A stretch of 64,000 nucleotides of DNA, taken from a virus. The position numbers and the translations under genes were made by a program. The notes beneath the pieces are model-generated. The model saw only the letters and a list, made by a program, of their open reading frames with translations. It was not told where the DNA came from and did no database searches. Positions 8,730 through 15,753 of the stretch are shown here, one piece after another. Each line of letters begins with the position of its first letter. The stretch's first letter is position 1. The stretch lies in IMG/VR virus record IMGVR_UViG_3300027974_000021; one strand, given 5' to 3'.

Positions 8730-9950
8730 ATGTACGAACTAAAAGAAATAAGTCCAGCAGAAAATCTTAAGAGAGTTATTAAGACTGATGGATATTGGGT
8801 ACATTACGAGAATCGTACTAACTTAGAAGTACAGTCTGGTAATTGTTCGTTCACATTAGGTTATAATCATAAAGAATTAAAGAGTCTATTACCAACGAAT
8901 GAGATTGATTTTCTTCGTGGTAATAGTGGTGAGTCCGCAGAGCCTGTTGATCGTTTAAGTGAAACACTAACAAAAGAAGCTGGTATGGATGGCATCGCCT
9001 ATGCTGTATCTGGTTCAGATGGTAATGAGTGTGCTTTTTATATTAATGATTTATATTGGACTAATAAAGGTGAACCGAATCGAAGATATATAATTTCAAT
9101 ACCACCTTGTTATCATGGAACTACAGTTGTTTGTCGAAGTGCAAATAATGATATCGTAGAGAAAAGACAGAGTCGTTTTGTACCGATACGTGGAAGAACT
9201 TGGTACACAACAGAAGATAGTATTGCGAACGAAACAAATGTACTCGAACAAATAATCGAAACATTTAAGAGTCGTAATGATATTGGTGCTATTTTAATTG
9301 AGAGTTATCCATGGAATAAAACAATTGCTCCATGGAGTCATAACTTCTATCAACTACTACGTGCAACTGCTACGTTATATGGTGCAAATTTAATCGTAGA
9401 TGATATTGCAGGTTATGGTGGTAAGATAGGAACACTCTTTACTCATACAGCTTATAATATAAAACCTGATATGGTGACAATTGGTAAAGCACTTACAAAT
9501 GGACTAATACCATTATCAGCTTGTTTAATTAATGATAAAGTATTGAAACAAGTAAAGACTACATTTAATTGGGGGCATACTTGGCAACCGAATATGTATG
9601 GTGTGCGAGTAGCGAATCGTTGTATAGAGTTAATCAAAGAACGAATGGCATACTCGAAAGTAATCGAAAAGAATTTAAACGATATAGGTGATCGTTTAAA
9701 GAGTAAAGGACTCGTGAGAAACGTAATTGGGAATGGAGTATGGAAGTCTTTTGTACCAGAACCAAATCCAATACCAATCTCGTTAGCTGAGATTGATAAA
9801 GCAGGAATGTCAGCAACAACGAACGAGAATACAATTAAGACAATTATACCACTAATTGCTGATGATATATACTTTGAAGAATTAGAAAAGCGATTAGAGG
9901 TTTGCTTTACAAATATAAAAGAACAAAGAACACAAGGACTATTGATATGA
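8730..9950 (+). CDS. Class III PLP-dependent aminotransferase (BioA/ornithine/putrescine AT family)
   Basis: SGSDGNE, YHGTT, LIVDDIAGYGGKIG, PDMVTIGKALTNG (PLP lysine), WGHTW. Confidence 0.88.
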   Translation: MYELKEISPAENLKRVIKTDGYWVHYENRTNLEVQSGNCSFTLGYNHKELKSLLPTNEIDFLRGNSGESAEPVDRLSETLTKEAGMDGIAYAVSGSDGNECAFYINDLYWTNKGEPNRRYIISIPPCYHGTTVVCRSANNDIVEKRQSRFVPIRGRTWYTTEDSIANETNVLEQIIETFKSRNDIGAILIESYPWNKTIAPWSHNFYQLLRATATLYGANLIVDDIAGYGGKIGTLFTHTAYNIKPDMVTIGKALTNGLIPLSACLINDKVLKQVKTTFNWGHTWQPNMYGVRVANRCIELIKERMAYSKVIEKNLNDIGDRLKSKGLVRNVIGNGVWKSFVPEPNPIPISLAEIDKAGMSATTNENTIKTIIPLIADDIYFEELEKRLEVCFTNIKEQRTQGLLI

Positions 9951-10432
9951 ACGATAAACAATCTGCAGAAAAAACTACATATTTTCAATCAGAAAATGAA
10001 ATACCTGATTGGTATATAAACTATGCTGAAGGAACACCTGCATTTGCAGAGTACTTTAAACTTCAACTTCTTAAATTTGAACAGTTTGAAGATCAATCAC
10101 TTTTAAACACTGTTGCTCTTACAGTTGCAACTGTAAACAATTCAAAAGATCTAATGCATGATATAAGTCAAACGATGTTTGATAGAAATTTCGTGTATAG
10201 TCGAGATATGGTAATGGGAGCAATCGCTGAGTGCTTAAATGACTATGCATTAATCGATAAGAATTATATACTAGGAGAAGATACCGATGAAGCGAGAGTT
10301 CGAATGACTGTTGCAATATTAAGAGGTATGCCTAAATCGTTATTCCTTGATTGGAACGAAACAAGAACAGAAGAAGAGCATAAAATACGTGCGATTATTG
10401 GTATAGTTGACGTTATAAGCAAAATCATCTAA
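9947..10432 (+). CDS. Hypothetical helical protein, weak AhpD-like resemblance
   Basis: ATGA-coupled to the aminotransferase; lacks CxxC. Confidence 0.55.
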   Translation: MNDKQSAEKTTYFQSENEIPDWYINYAEGTPAFAEYFKLQLLKFEQFEDQSLLNTVALTVATVNNSKDLMHDISQTMFDRNFVYSRDMVMGAIAECLNDYALIDKNYILGEDTDEARVRMTVAILRGMPKSLFLDWNETRTEEEHKIRAIIGIVDVISKII

Positions 10433-10494
10433 ACCACTCTCAAAACACGTTAAAATAGGTTTAAACCCTATTCTATAATGAGAGTGAACTATTC

Positions 10495-10507
10495 TAAACC
10501 ATTGATT
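10495..10507 (-). promoter_or_regulatory. IHF-consensus-like box (AATCAATGGTTTA on the minus strand)
   Basis: Exact WATCAANNNNTTR match ~40 nt upstream of an early promoter. Confidence 0.4.
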
Positions 10508-10545
10508 TATATAGCTTATTTTTTACTACCTTTGGTTTAAAAAGC

Positions 10546-10574
10546 TTTACTTTTAAGAATTTTTAAGGTATAAT
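10546..10574 (+). promoter_or_regulatory. Sigma70-type early promoter TTTACT-N17-TATAAT
   Basis: TTTACT 10546-10551, TATAAT 10569-10574, upstream of bS21. Confidence 0.78.
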
Positions 10575-10631
10575 ATACCTAAATAACATATAAGATTTGT
10601 TCTTATTCTTCTTCCCAAGAAGTTTAAGATT

Positions 10632-10979
10632 GTGAACTATATTGATGAAAAAACTATGAAGCCATATAATCGAAACTTTCGAAGCACAAAAGACTTCAAG
10701 TCAAACGACAAAAGAAATAGATTTGACTCGCCAAAGAAAACTTATTCAACACCTCATTACGAGCGTCCAAAAGAAACTGGTCTTGAAGTATTGGTTGAGA
10801 ATGATAATATTGAAAAGGCAATCCGAAGACTTAAAAAGAAAGTTGATCGCGAGGGTTTGATCCGTGAGATAAGAGATCGAGCCACTTATAGCAAACCATC
10901 AGAGAAACGTAAGATTGCAGCACAGAACGCAAGAGATCGTTGGCTGAAATATAAACGTGACCGAGATCGTTTGATTTAA
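10632..10979 (+). CDS. rpsU: Phage-encoded ribosomal protein bS21 with N-terminal extension (start GTG 10632 or ATG 10656)
   Basis: VLVENDNIEKAIRRLKKKVDREGLIREIRDRATYSKPSEKRK matches the S21 signature. Confidence 0.9.
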   Translation: MNYIDEKTMKPYNRNFRSTKDFKSNDKRNRFDSPKKTYSTPHYERPKETGLEVLVENDNIEKAIRRLKKKVDREGLIREIRDRATYSKPSEKRKIAAQNARDRWLKYKRDRDRLI

Positions 10980-11020
10980 AATAAAACCTAATATAATCTA
11001 ATTCGAAAGGAAAAGAGTAT

Positions 11021-11614
11021 ATGAAAAGTTTGAATTTACAGGATGTGGGTAGGCGAGTGCGTCTCGCTATATTCCTCCTAATCCTATTACCATTCCTAAT
11101 TATTCCAAGCATTACTACTTCAGCAGACGAAGAGTCACCTGAGTTTATTTGCTTAGTTGAGAACATTTACTTTGAGAGTAAAGGTGAATCAATGCGAGGA
11201 AAGATCGCTGTTGGAGTTGTCACTCTGAATCGTCTCAAAGATTCTCGATACCCTAAAACAATCTGCGAGGTTGTAAAGCAGGGTCCAGTAAGAGAATCTT
11301 GGAAAACAAGACAAGATCCCAATCTTACAGCCGACCAACGTTTATACAATCCAGTCCGTCATCGTTGCCAATTCTCTTGGTGGTGTGATGGATATAAAGA
11401 ACGGATTAAGTATGATGAAAACTGGATCGATTCAGTGCGAGCAGCAAAGTCTGCTCTGACTGGTAAGTACGATGATCTAGTGGATGGAGCAACACATTAC
11501 CATGCTGTCTATGTGACACCTGAATGGGCGAATCGTTTAAGATTCATCGTTCAGATTGATAATCATAAATTCTATGAATACCCAAAAACTTCCAAAGTCG
11601 CAAGTCTATTCTAA
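11021..11614 (+). CDS. SleB-like cell wall hydrolase (Hydrolase_2) with N-terminal signal/TM segment
   Basis: CLVENIYFESKGE, VTLNR, YPKTICEVVKQ, CQFSWWCDG, GATHYHA, IDNHKFY. Confidence 0.9.
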   Translation: MKSLNLQDVGRRVRLAIFLLILLPFLIIPSITTSADEESPEFICLVENIYFESKGESMRGKIAVGVVTLNRLKDSRYPKTICEVVKQGPVRESWKTRQDPNLTADQRLYNPVRHRCQFSWWCDGYKERIKYDENWIDSVRAAKSALTGKYDDLVDGATHYHAVYVTPEWANRLRFIVQIDNHKFYEYPKTSKVASLF

Positions 11615-11617
11615 ATC

Positions 11618-11652
11618 CAAAGGCACTCATCCTTCTCAACCGAGTGCCTTTG
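11618..11652 (+). terminator. Stem-loop after the hydrolase gene (11-bp stem)
   Basis: CAAAGGCACTC / GAGTGCCTTTG inverted repeat; no clear U-tract. Confidence 0.5.
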
Positions 11653-11710
11653 CAACCCTCGCATCCCTCTCTCCTATATACTTAAATCTAACCAGAGCGT
11701 CGTCGTTTTT

Positions 11711-11884
11711 ATGAAAAGAACTGCAATCTGCTCAATCTGCGGAATTACTGCATACGTTCCAATCTCAAGATCATTACTCGCACTCTTACAATTTAACTGT
11801 AATTCGAAGCATGCTGAAAGATTCGGAGTCTGTGAATTTAAGCTTACAAAGAAGACTCAGAAGAGAAAGGTTTCGGGCACCTAG
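11711..11884 (+). CDS. Small Cys-containing ORF (57 aa, CSIC...C...H...C), possible zinc binder
   Basis: Manual translation MKRTAICSICGITAYVP...; stop codon lies inside the tRNA-Val 5' end. Confidence 0.4.
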   Translation: MKRTAICSICGITAYVPISRSLLALLQFNCNSKHAERFGVCEFKLTKKTQKRKVSGT

Positions 11885-11949
11885 TTCATTGGTAGAACAC
11901 GTGGTCGACATCCACGGGGTGGCAGGTTCGATTCCTGCGGTGCCCACCA
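11875..11949 (+). tRNA. tRNA-Val(GAC), CCA encoded, C at position 33
   Basis: Acceptor GGGCACC/GGTGCCC, D-arm GTTC/GAAC, anticodon arm CGTGG-TCGACAT-CCACG, T-loop GGTTCGATTCC, ACCA end. Confidence 0.9.
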
Positions 11950-11950
11950 T

Positions 11951-12026
11951 GCCCTAATAGCTCAATTGGTAGAGCAACTGATTTGTAATCAGTAGGTTGG
12001 GAGTTCAAGTCTTCCTTAGGGCACCA
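11951..12026 (+). tRNA. tRNA-Thr(TGT), CCA encoded
   Basis: Acceptor GCCCTAA/TTAGGGC, anticodon arm ACTGA-TTTGTAA-TCAGT, T-loop GTTCAAGT, ACCA end. Confidence 0.93.
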
Positions 12027-12158
12027 AATTCTTGGAAACGGATGATTTGGTGTTAAAAAGCAAGGAAATACGATGCTGAACCTCACGAACGACACACAGC
12101 GACATTCTCCTCGCATTCCTTCGCGCAGACCCAGACACTCCCACACTCCCCTTCGAAA

Positions 12159-12172
12159 CACTAGATCTAGTG
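12159..12172. repeat. Perfect 14-bp palindrome CACTAGATCTAGTG
   Basis: Directly visible, at the end of a C-rich non-coding tract. Confidence 0.8.
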
Positions 12173-12258
12173 GGTACTCTTTTCGTTCTCTCTAAAACCA
12201 TGTAAATAAATTCAGTTTTCGCCTTAATTTCGCCTTAATTGTAGGGTATAATATTCGT

Positions 12259-12474
12259 ATGAAAACAAATAAAAAGGAAATAAGTATGACTGATACGTTT
12301 TGGAAACTAACTTACTCGGATGGTGAAATTGAATATACTGAATTCGCTCCCTATTCGAATAAGTCTTATTATGAGTATGAGCGTCTTGAAAGTGTTGGAA
12401 ATCCTGTGATTCGATTTGAACTAGTTCGTGCTGATAAATCGAATAATGATTTAAGATTTGTGAGTGTTGCTTAA
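12259..12474 (+). CDS. Hypothetical early protein (alternative start 12286)
   Basis: TATAAT at 12247-12252 just upstream; AAGGA before ATG 12286. Confidence 0.6.
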   Translation: MKTNKKEISMTDTFWKLTYSDGEIEYTEFAPYSNKSYYEYERLESVGNPVIRFELVRADKSNNDLRFVSVA

Positions 12475-12581
12475 TGAAAAACTTTATAAATGAATCTTGG
12501 GTTGCTGTGCTAGTATTGGTGGCATTGATTGCTGCTGGTTATGGTGCAATGCATTTAATTCTATACTTCGGAGGATACTAA
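12474..12581 (+). CDS. Small single-TM protein (35 aa, MKNFINESWVAVLVLVALIAAGYGAMHLILYFGGY)
   Basis: TAATG coupling at both ends. Confidence 0.6.
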   Translation: MKNFINESWVAVLVLVALIAAGYGAMHLILYFGGY

Positions 12582-12757
12582 TGAAAACGAGAGAACTTTG
12601 GCTTGACTTCGAAACATGGTTGGAAAGAAATTATAATAGGAATGTGTCGGATCTATCCTGGAATGCATATGTTTTATTAAGTAAAGAATATAATTCTGAA
12701 AGATTGTCTACTCGAAAGTACGAGACAAGGACAGAGAAAGGAATAGCGAATGATTAA
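12581..12757 (+). CDS. Hypothetical protein (start corrected to MKTRELW)
   Basis: GGAGG SD and TAATG overlap at 12581. Confidence 0.65.
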   Translation: MKTRELWLDFETWLERNYNRNVSDLSWNAYVLLSKEYNSERLSTRKYETRTEKGIAND

Positions 12758-13073
12758 AACTGCATTATATTTAAATAAAGAGAATATGCATCAATCAGTG
12801 TATAAATTCACTGGTAAATACGAACTCGTAGTGGAACAGGAAATACTCGCTTCTTCGAGAGATGAAGCATTTGAACTGTATTTAAAAGAGGGTGGATTAA
12901 ACTACTCGAGAATAACATCGGATTTGACCGAAAACTCTCCGAGAATCGAAACTACTTATATTGATGCGATGACACCAGAGATGGAGATTAAGTATGTCGG
13001 AACTGTGGTGGCTTCGAGAGATGACGAGAACGAAGTGGAACTCGAGAATGCGTTAGGAGGATATAGTGGCTAA
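12750..13073 (+). CDS. Hypothetical protein
   Basis: AAGGA SD, overlapping operon arrangement. Confidence 0.65.
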   Translation: MIKTALYLNKENMHQSVYKFTGKYELVVEQEILASSRDEAFELYLKEGGLNYSRITSDLTENSPRIETTYIDAMTPEMEIKYVGTVVASRDDENEVELENALGGYSG

Positions 13074-13284
13074 GTTGTTTAAATTGAACTCTGGGAGAAG
13101 AAAAACACTCCGTGCACATATACCAAATTTGAGTGGAAAGAGAGAGATTGCAATTACTCAGATCTCGGCATTATTAAGAGAAGATACGAATATGAGTCAC
13201 GAGCAGAGTATTGAGTTTGCGACTCGAGTATTGAATAGCTATTTGGCAGCGAATATGCAGTCACCAAGTGGAAGAGTACACTAA
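13066..13284 (+). CDS. Hypothetical protein
   Basis: AGGAGG SD before the GTG start. Confidence 0.65.
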   Translation: MAKLFKLNSGRRKTLRAHIPNLSGKREIAITQISALLREDTNMSHEQSIEFATRVLNSYLAANMQSPSGRVH

Positions 13285-13448
13285 TGAATAAAAAGGTGGT
13301 AATCTCATTCGTTGACGAGTCTGGCGAGAATCGAGTGTTTAATGATTGGGCTTCTGCCGAGGAGTATTTAAAGACAGTAATCGCATTAAATCGTGAATTT
13401 ACAGGAATACAAGCTTCGTTAATTGTGAATACACGAAAAAAGGTATAA
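13284..13448 (+). CDS. Hypothetical protein (54 aa, MNKKVVISFVDESGENRVF...)
   Basis: TAATG-coupled ORF filling the gap; not in the ORF track. Confidence 0.55.
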   Translation: MNKKVVISFVDESGENRVFNDWASAEEYLKTVIALNREFTGIQASLIVNTRKKV

Positions 13449-13478
13449 AAAACAATGACTTATTTTGCACGATTTTGC

Positions 13479-13507
13479 TTTACTTATTCACTAAAATAGA
13501 CTATAAT
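13479..13507 (+). promoter_or_regulatory. Sigma70-type early promoter TTTACT-N17-TATAAT
   Basis: TTTACT 13479-13484, TATAAT 13502-13507. Confidence 0.78.
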
Positions 13508-13536
13508 AGAGGATATAAACAACTAAAATATATAAA

Positions 13537-13764
13537 ATGAACTATCTTGAAGAAATAAAAGAACTAAAAAAAAGAAAACTAAATAATGGTGAAATCGCAG
13601 AACACTTAGGTATTACAAAGAGCCAAGTGCGTAAGTTATTGAATGATGAATACGAAGAATTAAGTGATTCATCTTATACTGATGCTGATTGCTCATATAG
13701 CTATTCGAATGACGATTCGGATATAGGTGATATAATCAGTACAATGCGAGGACAATCATACTAA
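13537..13764 (+). CDS. Small helix-turn-helix protein with acidic tail
   Basis: LNNGEIAEHLGITKSQVRKLL is a typical HTH. Confidence 0.7.
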   Translation: MNYLEEIKELKKRKLNNGEIAEHLGITKSQVRKLLNDEYEELSDSSYTDADCSYSYSNDDSDIGDIISTMRGQSY

Positions 13765-13785
13765 CCTTATAAGGAAAACATAAAC

Positions 13786-14064
13786 ATGAAAAGATTCGAA
13801 TTTATATGTAAAGGAAAGCGAAGTCACTTTCTTGAAGCATTAACAGAAGAAGCAGCAAGATCATTCTTTGCTGAAAATCGTACGACAGCTACATTAGAGA
13901 TTATCGATGTAATTGAAGTAGCAATACCAACTCCAATTGACAAGTCTGGAGCATCAATGAAACTTGAAGGATTCGAGAGAATTAATTCTGAAGTTAAAGT
14001 ATCAAAAGCAGATCTTGATGCATTAGCAGCTTCGACTCCAAACGATAATAAGATTGGATATTAG
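13786..14064 (+). CDS. Hypothetical protein
   Basis: TAAGGA SD, 92 aa ORF. Confidence 0.65.
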   Translation: MKRFEFICKGKRSHFLEALTEEAARSFFAENRTTATLEIIDVIEVAIPTPIDKSGASMKLEGFERINSEVKVSKADLDALAASTPNDNKIGY

Positions 14065-14079
14065 TTTATTTTTATTATT

Positions 14080-14427
14080 ATGCCATTGATGCCGATATAT
14101 TATAATTCAACGAATCTAAACCCTCGTATGCGCAAATCAAAGAATAAAAAACTTCGGAACGCAAACCTTGAGCATGAAGAATGGCTCAAATCACGAGGGT
14201 TGCATTCGTCACAGTTAAGTAATCACTCAGAAGAATACAAGCTTGAAGTGAATCGAAAAGAACCTTACAATACAAATCACAATATTACTGGGAATACAAA
14301 TCGAGTTTCTGAGAACGTTTATACAGGGACGTTGATTAAAGGAATCGCAACGATGCATAAGAGCAATGCAGTTCCAATCATTAACGAAGAACAAGCAGTC
14401 GAAATATCAAAAATGAGAAGAGGATAA
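14080..14427 (+). CDS. Conserved T4-like hypothetical protein
   Basis: C-terminal YTGTLIKGIATMHKSNAVPI motif common in aquatic T4-like phages. Confidence 0.7.
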   Translation: MPLMPIYYNSTNLNPRMRKSKNKKLRNANLEHEEWLKSRGLHSSQLSNHSEEYKLEVNRKEPYNTNHNITGNTNRVSENVYTGTLIKGIATMHKSNAVPIINEEQAVEISKMRRG

Positions 14428-14428
14428 C

Positions 14429-14704
14429 ATGATCGAAACATACATATTATTCGGAGCAGCAATATTCGGTATTGGTTGGCTTCTAGGCAATTTTACGAAA
14501 GACAAAGAGAAAGCAGACTATACAATGTTTATTATTGATTCATTGATACAGAATCGCTTTCTCAGAACACATCCAATCGAGATACTCCCAAGAGTATTCG
14601 TGAAACATATTATTCGTTGGGATACACCAAAGGAACACTTGAAAAACCCAGTGAAATTGGAAGAATTTCATTTTCCAAAGAACTTTACAAACAATCCAAA
14701 ATAG
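14429..14704 (+). CDS. Hypothetical membrane-anchored protein
   Basis: N-terminal hydrophobic segment; GAGGA SD. Confidence 0.6.
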   Translation: MIETYILFGAAIFGIGWLLGNFTKDKEKADYTMFIIDSLIQNRFLRTHPIEILPRVFVKHIIRWDTPKEHLKNPVKLEEFHFPKNFTNNPK

Positions 14705-14712
14705 TATATAAT
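14684..14712 (+). promoter_or_regulatory. Sigma70-type promoter TTTACA-N17-TATAAT
   Basis: TTTACA 14684-14689, TATAAT 14707-14712; ATG 8 nt downstream. Confidence 0.7.
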
Positions 14713-14720
14713 ATATCATT

Positions 14721-15284
14721 ATGAAATCATTGACACCTGAATTTTTAAGAAATATTCAAGACAATATAACGAGAATGAGTAATGAAGACAAGAAACGATT
14801 ATCGAGTAAGAGAAGAATTGAGATAATCGGTTATTGTAATCTAAAGAAAAGACAGATTGATTCCTGGATCTCTTCATTACTTCATCTCGATAGTCGTATT
14901 GCAACGAGTGAGTCGACGAGTCTACAATCTTCAATTACTTCTCCAAATACTCCATTATGGAAACTCTATAATACATTGACTTCAATTTCGAATGATTTAG
15001 CAACTGAGATTGATTCCTATACTTATTGGAATTCAACGAGTAATGAGCGAATACTTATTGGATCGAATAATTTAAGTAATCGAATTGAGAATCGTGTATT
15101 CACCAAAGGAAAAAACAATCCCTATTATTCATATATTGAAGCGATAATCGAGATCGCCGAAGAAGAAGGAATCGAACTAAGTAATATAAAGAATTCATTG
15201 AGTAAGTCTATACTTCAGAAGATTGAAGCAATCGGCTATTCGAGAAAAGAATTAAAAGGCAGTACTGCTACATTGCCATTTTAA
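14721..15284 (+). CDS. gp33: Late-transcription coactivator gp33-like domain with long N-terminal extension
   Basis: C-terminal SYIEAIIEIAEEEGIELSNIKNSLSKSILQKIEA...ATLPF matches gp33; position upstream of gp32. Confidence 0.7.
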   Translation: MKSLTPEFLRNIQDNITRMSNEDKKRLSSKRRIEIIGYCNLKKRQIDSWISSLLHLDSRIATSESTSLQSSITSPNTPLWKLYNTLTSISNDLATEIDSYTYWNSTSNERILIGSNNLSNRIENRVFTKGKNNPYYSYIEAIIEIAEEEGIELSNIKNSLSKSILQKIEAIGYSRKELKGSTATLPF

Positions 15285-15321
15285 ACGATATTTCAGTGGA
15301 AGAAATTTCATTGAAATCAAA

Positions 15322-15360
15322 TCCGACTTTTGAACGTTTTGGTCGGGAACCCTAAAACGT
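15322..15360 (+). ncRNA. Predicted H-type RNA pseudoknot in the 5' leader of ORF 15390
   Basis: TCCGAC 15322-27 pairs with GTCGGG 15342-47; ACGTTTT 15334-40 pairs with AAAACGT 15354-60; the stems are interleaved. Confidence 0.5.
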
Positions 15361-15389
15361 ATCATTACATTATAACAAAGGAGACAATT

Positions 15390-15590
15390 ATGTTTAAACA
15401 TTTAATTACGTTTCTAACTGCATTACTCTTCACAGTATCAGTTTCTGCACAAACACCAGCACCTAAAAAGGAAGAGCCAAAAGCTCCGACTGTAGTATGT
15501 GTAGAAAAAGATAAGAATGGTAAAGCAATCATTGATGCAAAGACAAATAAACCTGTCGTGTGTCCAAAGAAAGACGAAAAGAAGAAGTAA
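15390..15590 (+). CDS. Small secreted/periplasmic Lys-Pro-rich protein with two Cys
   Basis: AAGGAG SD; signal peptide MFKHLITFLTALLFTVSVSA|Q. Confidence 0.75.
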   Translation: MFKHLITFLTALLFTVSVSAQTPAPKKEEPKAPTVVCVEKDKNGKAIIDAKTNKPVVCPKKDEKKK

Positions 15591-15612
15591 TTCTTCTCTC
15601 TGTCGCTGTATT

Positions 15613-15639
15613 GGGCGAAGTAAATCTCGCCCTTTACTT
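15613..15639 (+). terminator. Rho-independent terminator overlapping the -35 of the next promoter
   Basis: GGGCGA-N8-TCGCCC followed by TTTACTT. Confidence 0.6.
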
Positions 15640-15661
15640 ACACGAAAAAATAGAGTATAAT
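15633..15661 (+). promoter_or_regulatory. Sigma70-type promoter of gp32, TTTACT-N17-TATAAT
   Basis: TTTACT 15633-15638, TATAAT 15656-15661. Confidence 0.78.
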
Positions 15662-15753
15662 AACTCTAGTAGTGTGAAATCTATATTATATTGAAGTAAA
15701 GACCTATATTATTATACAACGCATATAACGCATATAAAAAAGGAGATAACCAC

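Noticed and set aside
9947-10432. AhpD peroxidase call
   Set aside because: Only vague similarity and no CxxC, so left as hypothetical.
11886-12201. Minus-strand ORFs 11886..12161 and 12016..12201
   Set aside because: They overlap the tRNA genes and the C-rich tract in antisense and show no protein features.
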